Shown: positions 1 through 9,242, numbered from the stretch's first letter. The stretch: 30,401 bases of DNA from Deinococcaceae bacterium (GCA_040256005.1 JBDZWC010000023.1:1-30401), one strand, 5' to 3'. Numbers and translations: made by a program. The notes: generated by a model not told the origin, from the letters alone.

Positions 1-358
1 CGATGTGCACGGCCGCAGCGCCGGCAGCCTCGAAGCGCCTGACCATGTCCATGGCGTTCAGCGCTTCGCCGTAGCCGGTGTCGCCGTCCACCAACACGGG
101 CAGACCGGCGCGCGTCACCTGCCGCAGGTGGAACACGACGTCGTCAACGGTGATGATGCCCAGGTCCGGGAGGCCCATCGAAGCGCTCATGGCGCCGCCC
201 GAGAGGTAGAGGGCATCGAAACCGGCCGCCCTCGCCTGGAGCGCCGCGGCGCCGTTGTGCGCTCCTGGCAGGCGCAGGATGCCCGGCCGCGCCAGCAGCT
301 CGCGGAAACGGGCGCCGGGCCGTTGCGTTGGCTGGTCCGCACCCACCAGGTACGGCAT
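1..358 (-). CDS. prpB: 2-methylisocitrate lyase, 5' part (runs off the window edge; not in the ORF track)
   Basis: Manual minus-strand translation from ATG 358: MPYLVGADQPTQRPGARFRELLARPGILRLPGAHN...GFDALYLSGGAMSASMGLPDLG...LPVLVDGDTGYGEALN...AGAAAVHI. These are ICL/PEP-mutase family motifs, and the gene lies directly downstream of prpC and prpD. Confidence 0.93.
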   Translation of the reverse strand, partial: MPYLVGADQPTQRPGARFRELLARPGILRLPGAHNGAAALQARAAGFDALYLSGGAMSASMGLPDLGIITVDDVVFHLRQVTRAGLPVLVDGDTGYGEALNAMDMVRRFEAAGAAAVHI

Positions 359-395
359 CAGGCGGCCGCGGCGGGCCCGGAACGGCACAGCGAGC

Positions 396-1556
396 TCACC
401 GCATCTCCAACGGCACGAAATCGCGGTCGTCCGGACCCACGTAGTTGGCCGACGGGCGGATGATCGTGCCGTCCTGGCGCTGCTCGATGACGTGCGCTAC
501 CCACCCGGCCGTGCGCGCGATCACGAAGAGCGGCGTGAACATGGAGGTGGGTACGCCCATGACGCCGTAGGCCACGGCCGAGTACCAGTCGAGATTGGGG
601 AACATCCGCTTGGTCGACATCATGGTGTCCTCGATGCGTTCCGCCACCTCGTAGGTGCGCGTGTCACCCGCCTGCTCCGAGAGCCGCTCGGCCGCTTCCT
701 TGACGATGTCGCTGCGAGGGTCGCTGACCCGGTACACCGGGTGCCCGAAGCCGATGATGACCTCGCGCCGCTCCAGCCGCTCCCTGATGTCCGCCTCGGC
801 TTCGTCGGGCGAGGAGTAGCGACGTTGGATCTCGTAGGCGACCTCGTTGGCGCCGCCGTGCTTCGGTCCTCGCAGGGCGCCGATGCCGGCGCACACGGCC
901 GAGTAGACGTCCGAGCCGGTGCCGGCGACGATGCGGCAGGCGAAGGTCGAAGCATTGAACTCGTGCTCCGCGTAGAGGATGAGCGACAGGTGCATGGCCC
1001 TCACCCAGGCGGGGTCGGGCTGCTCGCCGTGCAGCAGGTGAAGGAAGTGGCCCCCCACCGAGTCGTCGTCGGTGTCCACATCGATGAGCTCGCCCTTGTG
1101 CGTCCAGTGGTACCAGTACAGGAGCATGGAGCCCACCGAGGCGATGAGGCGGTCGGCGATGTCCCTGGCGCCGGCGTCGTCGTGCGCGTGGCCCTCTGGC
1201 AGGACGGTGCCGAGGGCGGACACGCCGCTGCGCAGCACGTCCATGGGGTGGGCGGCCGCCGGCGTCGCCTCGAGGACGGTCTTGACCGCTGCGGGCAGCC
1301 CGCGCAGGCGGCGCAGCTTCTCCTTGTATGCCCTCAGTTGCGCGCGATCGGGGAGCGTGCCGTGGATCAGGAGGTGAGCGACCTCCTCGAACTCTGCCCC
1401 CGCCGCAAGGTCACGTATGTCGTAGCCGCGGTAGCGCAGCTCGTCACCACTGGCGCCGACGGTGGACAACGCCGTGTTGCCGGCCGGCACGCCCGACAGA
1501 GCTACGGACTTCTTGGACTTCGGCGTCGCCACCTCTGGCGCTGCGTCCTGAGCCAT
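396..1556 (-). CDS. prpC: 2-methylcitrate synthase
   Basis: [17 protein letters not shown]-terminus; [31 protein letters not shown] and FPNLDW citrate synthase motifs; RBS GGAGGT upstream; lies between prpD and prpB. Confidence 0.95.
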   Translation of the reverse strand: MAQDAAPEVATPKSKKSVALSGVPAGNTALSTVGASGDELRYRGYDIRDLAAGAEFEEVAHLLIHGTLPDRAQLRAYKEKLRRLRGLPAAVKTVLEATPAAAHPMDVLRSGVSALGTVLPEGHAHDDAGARDIADRLIASVGSMLLYWYHWTHKGELIDVDTDDDSVGGHFLHLLHGEQPDPAWVRAMHLSLILYAEHEFNASTFACRIVAGTGSDVYSAVCAGIGALRGPKHGGANEVAYEIQRRYSSPDEAEADIRERLERREVIIGFGHPVYRVSDPRSDIVKEAAERLSEQAGDTRTYEVAERIEDTMMSTKRMFPNLDWYSAVAYGVMGVPTSMFTPLFVIARTAGWVAHVIEQRQDGTIIRPSANYVGPDDRDFVPLEMR

Positions 1557-1614
1557 GTGCTACCTCCCTGCCCGCGACCCCCGGGGCGACCCCCTGCTCG
1601 CTCTCGGCTTTACT

Positions 1615-3117
1615 TCAGAAGATGCCGGGCGGTACGTCGGGCCCCAGCCGGTCTGCGCTCACGGCCACGTTCAACTGGGCGACCTCGTCCGGGCTCAGCT
1701 CACCGATGCGTTCCGTCAGGGACAGGAACCTGTCCTGCTCGTCGGGGTCGACGATACCACTGGCCAACGTCCTGAACTTCTCGACGTAGTGCTCGCGCTC
1801 GAACGGTCGGGCCCCGAGCGGATGGGCGTCCGCAACGGCGATCTCGTCCTCGATCTCGGTGCCGTCATCGAGCCTGATGACCACGCGACCGCCGAAGGCC
1901 TTCTCGGCCGGATCGGTGGAGTGGTAGCGCCTGGTCCACTCCGGGTCCTCGACCGTGCTGATCTTCCGCCACAGGCGCACGGTGTCGGGCCGTCGGGCAC
2001 GCTCGGGCGCGTAGCTGCGCTCGTGGTGCCAACCGCGGTCCTGTAGGGCGACGGCGAAGATGTACATGATCGAGTGGTCGAGGGTCTCGCGACTGGCCTC
2101 CGGGTCGAACTTCTGGGGATCGTTCGAGCCGGTGCCTATGACGTAGTGCGTGTGGTGGCTGGTGTGGATCACGATCGACTCCACGGCTTCGAAGTCGCCC
2201 AGGCGTGCGCCCATCCGCCGCGCCAGGTCTATGAGGGCCTGGCTCTGGTACTCGGCCGAGTGCTCCTTCGTGTACGTCTCGAGGATCGCCCGCTTCGGCT
2301 CGCCGGGCTCCGGCAAAGGCACCCGGTAACGCGCCTCGGGCCCGCCGAGCAGCCAGGCGATGACGCCGTCCTCTCCCTCGTAGATGGGTGAGGGTGCGCC
2401 CTCGCCGCGCATGGCACGGTCGACCGCCTCGATGGCCATCTTCCCCGCGAACGCGGGCGCGAAAGCCTTCCAACTGGAGATCTCGCCCTTGCGCGACTGA
2501 CGTGTCGTCGTCGTCACGTGCAACGCCTGCTGGATCGCCTGATACACGGTCTCGGTCTGCAGTCCGAGCAGCGCGCCGATGCCGCCGGCCGCCGAGGGCC
2601 CGAGGTGAGCTATGTGGTCGATCTTGTGCTCGTGCAGGCAGATGCCCTTCACGAGGTCGACCTGCAGCTCGTAGCCGGCCGCGATGCCGCGGGCCAGCGC
2701 CACTCCGTCCAGGCGCTTCGACTGCGCGACGGCGAGGACGGCCGGGATGTTGTCGCCGGGGTGGGAGTAGTCGGCTGCCAGGAAGGTGTCGTGGAAGTCC
2801 AGCTCCCGCACCGCCACGCCGTTCGCCCACGCGGCCCACTCCGGGGAGAAGGTACGCGAGGCGGGTAGCCCGAAGACGGACGCGCCCGGCTCGCGCGGGT
2901 GGGCCACCGCCTGCGCCCTGGCCGCCCTGACCGGCCGCCTGGCGAGGCTGGCGACGGCCACGGCAGCGTTGTCCACCACGCGGTTGCCGATCATCTCCAT
3001 GACGTCTGGCTCGACGGGGACGGGGTCCGTCGCGACGGCGGCCATCCGCCAGGCGAGCTGTTCTTCCCGCGGCAGCTCCTCGGCGGAGCGGTAGGTTCGA
3101 ACCTCGTAGACCTTCAC
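1615..3117 (-). CDS. prpD: 2-methylcitrate dehydratase (MmgE/PrpD family)
   Basis: [37 protein letters not shown] and SRETLDHS motifs; GTG start with GGAGGT RBS. Confidence 0.93.
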   Translation of the reverse strand: MKVYEVRTYRSAEELPREEQLAWRMAAVATDPVPVEPDVMEMIGNRVVDNAAVAVASLARRPVRAARAQAVAHPREPGASVFGLPASRTFSPEWAAWANGVAVRELDFHDTFLAADYSHPGDNIPAVLAVAQSKRLDGVALARGIAAGYELQVDLVKGICLHEHKIDHIAHLGPSAAGGIGALLGLQTETVYQAIQQALHVTTTTRQSRKGEISSWKAFAPAFAGKMAIEAVDRAMRGEGAPSPIYEGEDGVIAWLLGGPEARYRVPLPEPGEPKRAILETYTKEHSAEYQSQALIDLARRMGARLGDFEAVESIVIHTSHHTHYVIGTGSNDPQKFDPEASRETLDHSIMYIFAVALQDRGWHHERSYAPERARRPDTVRLWRKISTVEDPEWTRRYHSTDPAEKAFGGRVVIRLDDGTEIEDEIAVADAHPLGARPFEREHYVEKFRTLASGIVDPDEQDRFLSLTERIGELSPDEVAQLNVAVSADRLGPDVPPGIF

Positions 3118-3175
3118 GGCTGGTACCTCCCCGGGGCCCCGGCTCCCGGCGGGGAGCGATGACCTCGCGTCAGAG

Positions 3176-3184
3176 ACGATACCA
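3176..3184 (-). promoter_or_regulatory. Putative extended -10 promoter (TGgTATCGT) of the prp operon
   Basis: TGn plus TANNNT about 60 nt upstream of the prpD start. Confidence 0.5.
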
Positions 3185-3240
3185 GCGGCGTCGCGTCGCG
3201 CCCGGCGCCCTCAGCGCCTGGGCGTAGCCCTCAGCCGGGC

Positions 3241-3435
3241 CTAGGCGTACTCGTCCTCGTCAGGGAACGGCACCACGTCCGGGTCCTCGGCCTCGCGCAA
3301 CGTCAAGGGTTCGACCGCGGTCACCTCGAGAAGCGTGCCGCAGTCCGGGCAATCGGCTGTCACTCCGACGGCCACGTCGTCTATGTCGACCATCCCGCCA
3401 CATGCGGGGCAGGTCATAGCCACGACCTCGGGCAT
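3241..3435 (-). CDS. LysW/ArgW-like acidic zinc-ribbon protein lacking the canonical C-terminal EDWGE
   Basis: CPACG...CPDCGTLLEV..VEPLTL matches the LysW pattern. Strong RBS GAGGAGGT 5 nt upstream. The C-terminus is FPDEDEYA. Confidence 0.8.
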   Translation of the reverse strand: MPEVVAMTCPACGGMVDIDDVAVGVTADCPDCGTLLEVTAVEPLTLREAEDPDVVPFPDEDEYA

Positions 3436-3683
3436 GACGCACCTCCTCTCGCGCGGTGGTTCGGCCCGATGTGCACCGTTCCAGCCGCCATCTCACTGTA
3501 GAGGCGGCGCCACAGAGGCTGGTTAGAGCAGAACGTCCCCGCGGGTGGCGTGGACGCTTCACCTGGCGCGCGATCGGCACCAAGGCCCACGGCCAGCCAG
3601 GTAGCACGGGGATGAGCGCGGCACGGTCGGCCCTGGCAGCGGCGCTACTCTGTCTCGCGACGACGGGCGTATCATTTGCCGCC

Positions 3684-5477
3684 GTGACCCTGTCCAACCG
3701 AGACCGCAACCTCACCTTCGCCGGGATCCTGCTGGCCATGTTCCTGGGAGCCCTCGACCAGACGATCGTGTCGACGGCCCTGCCTCGCATAGTCGAGGAC
3801 CTGGGCGGCCTGGAACGCTACGCTTGGGTCTTCACGGCCTACCTGGTGGCGTCGACCGTGCTGGTGCCCGTGGTGGGCAAGCTAGCGGACATGTACTCCC
3901 GCAAGACGATAGAGCTGGTGTCCGTCGGCATCTTCCTGGCCGGCTCGTTCCTGTGCGGGATCGCGGGAGAGTTCGGCAGCCTGCCGTTGTTGGGCGACGC
4001 GATGAACCAGCTCATCGTCTTCCGCGCCCTCCAAGGCATCGGTGCGGCCGGGCTGTTCAGCCTCGCCTTCATCATCATCGCCGACCTGTTCCCGCCGGCC
4101 GTGCGCGGCAAGTACCAGGGGCTGGTCAGCGCCGTGTTCGGGGTGGCCAGCATCCTGGGGCCCCTGTTGGGCGGCTTCCTCACGGACAACGGCGGCGGCA
4201 TCATCCCCGGCGTCGCCGGCTGGCGCTGGGTGTTCTACGTCAACGTGCCGTTCGGCGCCCTCGCGATCTGGTTCATCGCGACCTACATGCCGCCGCTGCG
4301 ACCGGCAGGCGAGCGAGGCCGGCTCGACGTCGTCTCGGCTGCCCTGCTCATCTGCGGGCTGGTCCCGTTCACGACCGCCCTGCAGTTAGACCGCACCGCG
4401 TACCCGTGGGGCTCGCCGGTGACGATCACAATGCTGGCCGTATCGGTCGTGCTGCTGGCGCTGTTCGTGTGGCGGACGTTGAGGAGCAGCCATCCGATCC
4501 TCGACCTGACCCTCTTCCGCAACCGCATCTTCCGCGTCTCCAACCTCGCGGTGCTGTTCCACGGCGCTGCTTTCCTATCCACGGTCGCGTTCCTCCCGTT
4601 GTTCGTGGTGAACGTGATCGGCGTCTCGGCGACCGGAGCCGGCCTGGCGCTCATACCGCTCTCCCTCGGGGTCACCGTCGGCGCGTTCGCAGGGGGGCAA
4701 CTGGTCTCGCTGATCGGCCGCTACCGGCTGCTGATGCTGATCGGCTGCGCGATCTTCGCCACGGGTGTCTTGCTGATCTCGCTGCTCGACGTCAACGCCA
4801 CGCTCGGCCGGGTGACCGTCTACATGGTGATCACGGGGCTCGGCGTGGGCCCCGCGCTACCGCTGTACACGCTGGCGGTGCAGAACGCGGTGGACGTGAG
4901 GCGCATCGGGCAAGCGACGAGCGCCACGCAGTTCTTCCGGCAGATAGGCGGCGCTGTTGGCACGGCGATCCTCGGCACGGTGCTCGCCACCTCCTTGGCA
5001 GCCGGCTTCGCTACGAACCTGGGCGGCGTCGGCTCGGCGCCGCAAGCCCAGGCCGGCGGTGAGGGGGTCAGGGCGGCCGGTGACCTGCTGGCCGGTATCC
5101 GCGCGTCCTTCGAGGCGACGCGCTCAGAGCTCATCTCGGCCGTGGAGGCCGGGGACACCGAGGCCGTCAGGGGGCTGCTCACCGGCACCGGCGTACCCGC
5201 CGAGGCCGCGAACGGCGTGGCGGCACGCGTGGCGGCTGCCGACACCCCGGCCGAACGAGAGTCCCTGGCCGGTGAGCTGACCAGCACCTTCGATGCACAG
5301 GCAGGGTCGGTGATGGACCGCGTGGAGTCGGGCGTGAAGCTGACCTTCGCGCAGGCGGTGACGACCGTCTACCGCTACGTGTTCTTCATCGTGCTGGCGG
5401 CGTTGGCGCTCTCTGCGTTCATCCCGGTCCTGAAGCTGAAGAGGACGTTCGACGAGGCTCACAGCCGGGCTGCCTGA
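3684..5477 (+). CDS. DHA2-family (EmrB/QacA-like, 14-TM) MFS efflux transporter
   Basis: LDQTIVSTALP, GKLADMYSRK, FRALQGIG, GPLLGG and WRWVFYVNVP motifs. Start reassigned to GTG 3684 because TATCAT lies 8 nt upstream. Confidence 0.92.
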   Translation: MTLSNRDRNLTFAGILLAMFLGALDQTIVSTALPRIVEDLGGLERYAWVFTAYLVASTVLVPVVGKLADMYSRKTIELVSVGIFLAGSFLCGIAGEFGSLPLLGDAMNQLIVFRALQGIGAAGLFSLAFIIIADLFPPAVRGKYQGLVSAVFGVASILGPLLGGFLTDNGGGIIPGVAGWRWVFYVNVPFGALAIWFIATYMPPLRPAGERGRLDVVSAALLICGLVPFTTALQLDRTAYPWGSPVTITMLAVSVVLLALFVWRTLRSSHPILDLTLFRNRIFRVSNLAVLFHGAAFLSTVAFLPLFVVNVIGVSATGAGLALIPLSLGVTVGAFAGGQLVSLIGRYRLLMLIGCAIFATGVLLISLLDVNATLGRVTVYMVITGLGVGPALPLYTLAVQNAVDVRRIGQATSATQFFRQIGGAVGTAILGTVLATSLAAGFATNLGGVGSAPQAQAGGEGVRAAGDLLAGIRASFEATRSELISAVEAGDTEAVRGLLTGTGVPAEAANGVAARVAAADTPAERESLAGELTSTFDAQAGSVMDRVESGVKLTFAQAVTTVYRYVFFIVLAALALSAFIPVLKLKRTFDEAHSRAA

Positions 5478-5481
5478 CCGG

Positions 5482-6102
5482 ATGCACGACGAGGAGACCG
5501 GCCTGGTGATCGGTGAGGACGGCCTCGCCCGGCCGCGTTGGGCGGCCGCCGACCCGCTGCTGCGGGCCTACTACGACACCGAGTGGGGCATGCCGGTGCG
5601 GGACGAACGGGGCGTCTTCGAGCGTCTGAGCCTGGAGGCGTTCCAATCGGGCCTGTCGTGGGCGACGATCCTGCGCAAGAGGGAGGCGTTCAGGCGCGCC
5701 TTCGTGGACTTCGACGTCGACACCGTCGCCGCATTCGGCCCCGCCGACGTGGAGCGGTTGATGGACGACAGCGGCATCGTCAGGAACAGGCGGAAGGTGG
5801 AGGCGACGATAGTCAACGCGGGCGCCACCGTGCGGCTCAGGTCGGACGGCGGCCTCGCCGCCTTGGTGTGGTCGTTCCGGCCCACCCAAACGCCCGCTCC
5901 CAAGGCGTTATCCGAGATCCCTAGCGTGTCTCCGGAGTCCATCGCGCTGTCGCGCGAGCTGAAGCGCAGGGGCTTCACGTTCGTGGGGCCGACGACCATG
6001 TTCGCCCTCATGGAGGCGATAGGGATCGTCGACACGCATCTACTGGGAAGTCATAGGCGGGGCTCGTCTGGCGAGTGGCCCGCCGGCGCAGGGCGATCCT
6101 AG
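5482..6102 (+). CDS. tag: DNA-3-methyladenine glycosylase I
   Basis: YYDTEWG, FERLSLEAFQSGLSWATILRKRE, IVRNRRK and FVGPTT motifs. Confidence 0.93.
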   Translation: MHDEETGLVIGEDGLARPRWAAADPLLRAYYDTEWGMPVRDERGVFERLSLEAFQSGLSWATILRKREAFRRAFVDFDVDTVAAFGPADVERLMDDSGIVRNRRKVEATIVNAGATVRLRSDGGLAALVWSFRPTQTPAPKALSEIPSVSPESIALSRELKRRGFTFVGPTTMFALMEAIGIVDTHLLGSHRRGSSGEWPAGAGRS

Positions 6103-6422
6103 GCCGCCCTGCCGACCTCCTCGAGCCGCCTGCCCACCGTGATCAGTGATCTACCGAACGTGGCGGCGGCGCGTCTCCAGGCAGCGACCTTGGCGGCGCA
6201 GTCCGCGGCGATGTCAACCGCCGGACGCGGCTGCAAGGTTATGGCGGCCCCCGGGCGGGCGACCGCGCTCAGCAGCGTGCGTTCGCGCGCCACGGACCTC
6301 CTCGTCGCCAGGTAGTCGCCCGAACGTGCGGCGCGGGCCGCGGCGATCCGTTGCGCCTCCGCCAGCAGCTCGTGCTGACGATCGCGCATCGACCTCTCCA
6401 GATAACTGAGCGACTTCTCCAT
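6099..6422 (-). CDS. Small basic helical hypothetical protein (107 aa)
   Basis: ATG 6422 with RBS GAGAGGAAGG; divergent from the CGNR regulator; stop overlaps the tag stop (CTAG); pattern RDRQHELLAEAQR...FGRSLITVGRRL. Confidence 0.7.
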   Translation of the reverse strand: MEKSLSYLERSMRDRQHELLAEAQRIAAARAARSGDYLATRRSVARERTLLSAVARPGAAITLQPRPAVDIAADCAAKVAAWRRAAATFGRSLITVGRRLEEVGRAA

Positions 6423-6469
6423 TGTCGGCCTTCCTCTCAACCCCAACCACTCCCGCGAGCGGTTGGCTC

Positions 6470-6529
6470 GTAACCGGCCAATAGCTTACACCGGTTTCTG
6501 TAACCGGTCAAGATGCTATACTGGTGTTC
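6470..6529. promoter_or_regulatory. Two tandem 30-bp operator-like units with divergent -10 boxes
   Basis: GTAACCGGCCAA (6470) and GTAACCGGTCAA (6500). Unit 1 is the imperfect inverted repeat GTAACCGG-N13-CCGGTTTC. -10 boxes: TAAGCT on - (6483-6488) and extended TGcTATACT on + (6514-6522). Confidence 0.65.
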
Positions 6530-6545
6530 GATTGGGGACGAGGCG

Positions 6546-7118
6546 ATGAGATCCGTCGAGCTACTCGACCACGAGAGCAAGCCCGCGCCCGGCGACCTGC
6601 GGTTCGTGCAGGCGTACGTGAACACGCTCGACGTCGAGAGCGGGCGGGACCGCTTCGCTGACGTTGGGGGGCTGCGTACCTGGTTGGCGACCCATTGCGG
6701 TCTGGGCGAGAACGCTCGGTTGGGAGAGGCAGACAGGCTCACGGCCATCGAGTTCAGGGAGGCCCTGAGGACCGTGCTCACCGAGGGCCAGGAGAGCGAA
6801 GAGAGCGCCCTGACCGTCCTCGACGAGGTGAGTGCGCGATCCGGCCTGCGCCTGGGCACCACGGATGGGGGCCGCCTCGAGCTGACGCCCACGGGCGATG
6901 ACATGTACGCCTCCCTGGGACGCCTGCTGGCGGCGGTCCACACCGCGATGCTCGAAGGCTCCTGGGAGCGGCTCAAGATCTGCGCAGCGGACGAGTGCCG
7001 TTGGGCCTTCTACGACGCTTCCAAGAACCGGTCGGGGACCTGGTGCAGCATGCAGACGTGCGGCAACAGGGCGAAGGTCAGGGAGCACCGGCACCGGCAG
7101 CGCTCCGCGGAAGCCTAG
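6546..7118 (+). CDS. ABATE/CGNR zinc-finger domain protein (putative regulator)
   Basis: FVQAYVNT N-terminal motif and C-terminal RLKICAADECRWAFYDASKNRSGTWCSMQTCGNRAK. Start moved to ATG 6546, downstream of the -10 box. Confidence 0.92.
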   Translation: MRSVELLDHESKPAPGDLRFVQAYVNTLDVESGRDRFADVGGLRTWLATHCGLGENARLGEADRLTAIEFREALRTVLTEGQESEESALTVLDEVSARSGLRLGTTDGGRLELTPTGDDMYASLGRLLAAVHTAMLEGSWERLKICAADECRWAFYDASKNRSGTWCSMQTCGNRAKVREHRHRQRSAEA

Positions 7119-7238
7119 CGGCCCCTTCGGCGCCTGGGCTGGTCGGCAGCGCTCGCCACGCCGCGCCAGCCGAACGGTGTTCGACGGCGGGGCCGGCGCC
7201 GCTCATCCTCGACCGGTCGTCCTCCGTTAACTTCGTGT

Positions 7239-7910
7239 ATGCGCTCAGCGTTCGCCGCCGTGGTCTTACTGGCCCTGGCCGCCGTCGTGTGCGCTCAGGC
7301 ACCGCCCGACCCGGAGTATCCCGACCTGAGACCCGAACTGCACGGCTACATCTGCCCGCTGCGCGGCCCGAACGACGGGCCGCCGCCCGAGCCGGCAACC
7401 GAGGCGGAGCGGCTGCGTCGGGAGAGCCGGGCGCTCTACCGCCAGTACTTCCCCGCCTACCTGGCACGCGTCGGGCCCGAGCCCGACACGCAGCTGATCA
7501 TGCCGGTGGAAGGGATCAGCGTGAGCCAGGTGGCGCAGACGTTCGGCGCCCCCCGCTGGGATAGGTCCCACGAGGGTATCGACATCTTCGCCCCCCGCTG
7601 GACCCCCGTGATCTCCGCCGCTCCCGGCTACGTCTACCGCATCACCGACCTGACGCTGGGCGGGCTGTCCGTCACCGTCGTGGCCAACGGCGGCGTGCGG
7701 TACTACTACACGCACCTGGAGGACGTCGCCGAGGACCTGGTGGAGGGGCAGGCCGTGGCGGCAGGCGACCTGTTGGGCTACGTTGGGAACGACGGTAACG
7801 CCGCCACCACGCCCACGCACCTGCATTTCGGGGTGTACGTGGGGGAAGAGGACGACCTCTGCGAGTGGAACGCGATAGATCCATTTCCCCTGCTCATCGA
7901 CCGCCCTTGA
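7239..7910 (+). CDS. Secreted M23-family metallopeptidase
   Basis: Signal peptide; HEGID (HxxxD), YYTHL, GYVGNDGNA and HLHF motifs; TAACTT 5 nt upstream of ATG. Confidence 0.9.
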   Translation: MRSAFAAVVLLALAAVVCAQAPPDPEYPDLRPELHGYICPLRGPNDGPPPEPATEAERLRRESRALYRQYFPAYLARVGPEPDTQLIMPVEGISVSQVAQTFGAPRWDRSHEGIDIFAPRWTPVISAAPGYVYRITDLTLGGLSVTVVANGGVRYYYTHLEDVAEDLVEGQAVAAGDLLGYVGNDGNAATTPTHLHFGVYVGEEDDLCEWNAIDPFPLLIDRP

Positions 7911-8635
7911 TCGCGGTCCTGGCCGACGTCCACGGCAACCTGGCGGCCCTCGAGGCCGTCATCGCGGACATGCTCCGCTTCGACGTCGACGAGGTCCTCT
8001 GCCTCGGCGACATGGCGAACATGGGGCCCGAGCCGTCGGCCACGCTGGCCAGGCTGAGGTCGCTGCAGCCGCTCACCGTCATGGGCAACACGGACGCGCA
8101 TCTGGTCGAGCCGCGGACCCTCGCCGACGTGAAGAGCCCCAACGAGGAGACGCCGCTGTTCCTGGAGCTCGAGGCGTGGTGCGCCTCGCGCCTGACGGAC
8201 GAGGACCGCGAGTGGGTGCGCGGCTTCAGCCCGTACCTGCGACTCGACGTAGGCGGCTGCAGCGTCGTCGCCTACCACGGCTCACCCAAGAGCTTCGACG
8301 ACCCCATCGTGCCGAGCACGCCCGAGGACGAACTCCAGGGTTACCTCTCGGGGTTCGAGGCCGACCTCTACCTGGGCGCTCACGTGCATCACCAGTTCGT
8401 AAGGGGCTTCAGGCGCTCCATCGTCGCGAACCCGGGCAGCGTCGGCATGGCGTTCTTCCGTCTCGGGGACGCGGTGGAGCAGCCGCCGGTCGCGGAGTAC
8501 GCGCTGTTGCAGGTCGTAGACGGTCAACCGAACCTCCACCTCAGGCGCGTCGCCTACGACACCAGCCGCGTCAAAGATGCAGCCGCCCGCAACGGCATGC
8601 CGCACGCGGACGTGTTCCTCGGCAACCTGCAGTGA
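7907..8635 (+). CDS. Calcineurin-like metallophosphoesterase (YfcE-like)
   Basis: DVHGN, LGD, GNTD, HGS, HVH and NPGSVG motifs. Likely TTG start overlapping the M23 stop (TTGA). Confidence 0.88.
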   Translation: MIAVLADVHGNLAALEAVIADMLRFDVDEVLCLGDMANMGPEPSATLARLRSLQPLTVMGNTDAHLVEPRTLADVKSPNEETPLFLELEAWCASRLTDEDREWVRGFSPYLRLDVGGCSVVAYHGSPKSFDDPIVPSTPEDELQGYLSGFEADLYLGAHVHHQFVRGFRRSIVANPGSVGMAFFRLGDAVEQPPVAEYALLQVVDGQPNLHLRRVAYDTSRVKDAAARNGMPHADVFLGNLQ

Positions 8636-8672
8636 GCCGGGACCGCCTGGTACGCCGCACCGGTTCTGGATC

Positions 8673-9242
8673 GTGACCGCAGCCACCCGACAGCCCGAGG
8701 TCCTCTTCGCCTTCCTCAGAGCGGTGAACCTGGGCAAGCACAACAAGGTGCCCATGAAGCCGCTCATGACAGCGCTCGAGGCGAACGGTTTCCCGCCGGC
8801 CGCGTACCTGCTGGCGAGCGGCAACGTCGTGTTCATGCCCTCAGACGGGGCTCCGGAGACCCGCGACCTGCGTGACCGCCTCGTAGGGCTGATCGCCGAC
8901 GAGTTCGGGGTGCGCACCGACGCGGTCATGCGGCGGCCGGGGAGACTGAGGGATCACCTGGCTGCTGACCCGTTCACCCCCACGGGGGTGGTGCCCGTCT
9001 ACGTCTCCATGTGGGACGGCGAGCCCGACCCCGACGGGCTCACGTACCTGGCAGAGCAGGACTTCTCGCCCCACGCGGTGAAACTGACAGACGGCGCCGC
9101 GATCATGGGTTTCGACCGCACATCGCACGACGCCAAGCTGTCTAACGCCTTGCTGGAGAAGCGACTGGGCGTGAAGGCTACGGCGCGCAACGTGAACACG
9201 CTCGACCGCCTGCTGGCCAAGTTCGCTCCGGACGGCGACTGA
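8673..9242 (+). CDS. DUF1697 family protein
   Basis: AFLRAVNLGKHNKVPM, YLLASGNVVF and terminal ATARNVNT motifs. The GTG 8673 start is approximate. Confidence 0.85.
   Translation: MTAATRQPEVLFAFLRAVNLGKHNKVPMKPLMTALEANGFPPAAYLLASGNVVFMPSDGAPETRDLRDRLVGLIADEFGVRTDAVMRRPGRLRDHLAADPFTPTGVVPVYVSMWDGEPDPDGLTYLAEQDFSPHAVKLTDGAAIMGFDRTSHDAKLSNALLEKRLGVKATARNVNTLDRLLAKFAPDGD

Noticed and set aside
5..3162. Long plus-strand and alternate-frame ORFs over the prp operon (e.g. 255..1775, 1865..2839)
   Set aside because: Antisense or frame shadows typical of high-GC coding DNA, with no motifs. The same applies to most overlapping ORFs in the track.
3436..3683. Possible lysine riboswitch near the LysW-like gene (TAGAGGCG, GCCGCC hairpin)
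   Set aside because: The AGAGG element is on the wrong strand for the LysW-like gene, and the other conserved riboswitch elements are not visible.
3456..3683. N-terminal extension of the MFS ORF
   Set aside because: Not transporter-like; the -10 box and family motifs point to GTG 3684.
5010..5350. Long hydrophilic insert before the last TM helix of the MFS protein as a novel domain
   Set aside because: Large loops between TM13 and TM14 are common in DHA2 transporters.
7118..7200. GC-rich intergenic stems (CGGCCCC...GGGGCCG, GGCTGG...CCAGCC) as an ncRNA
   Set aside because: Expected by chance at this GC content; no second copy or family motif seen.
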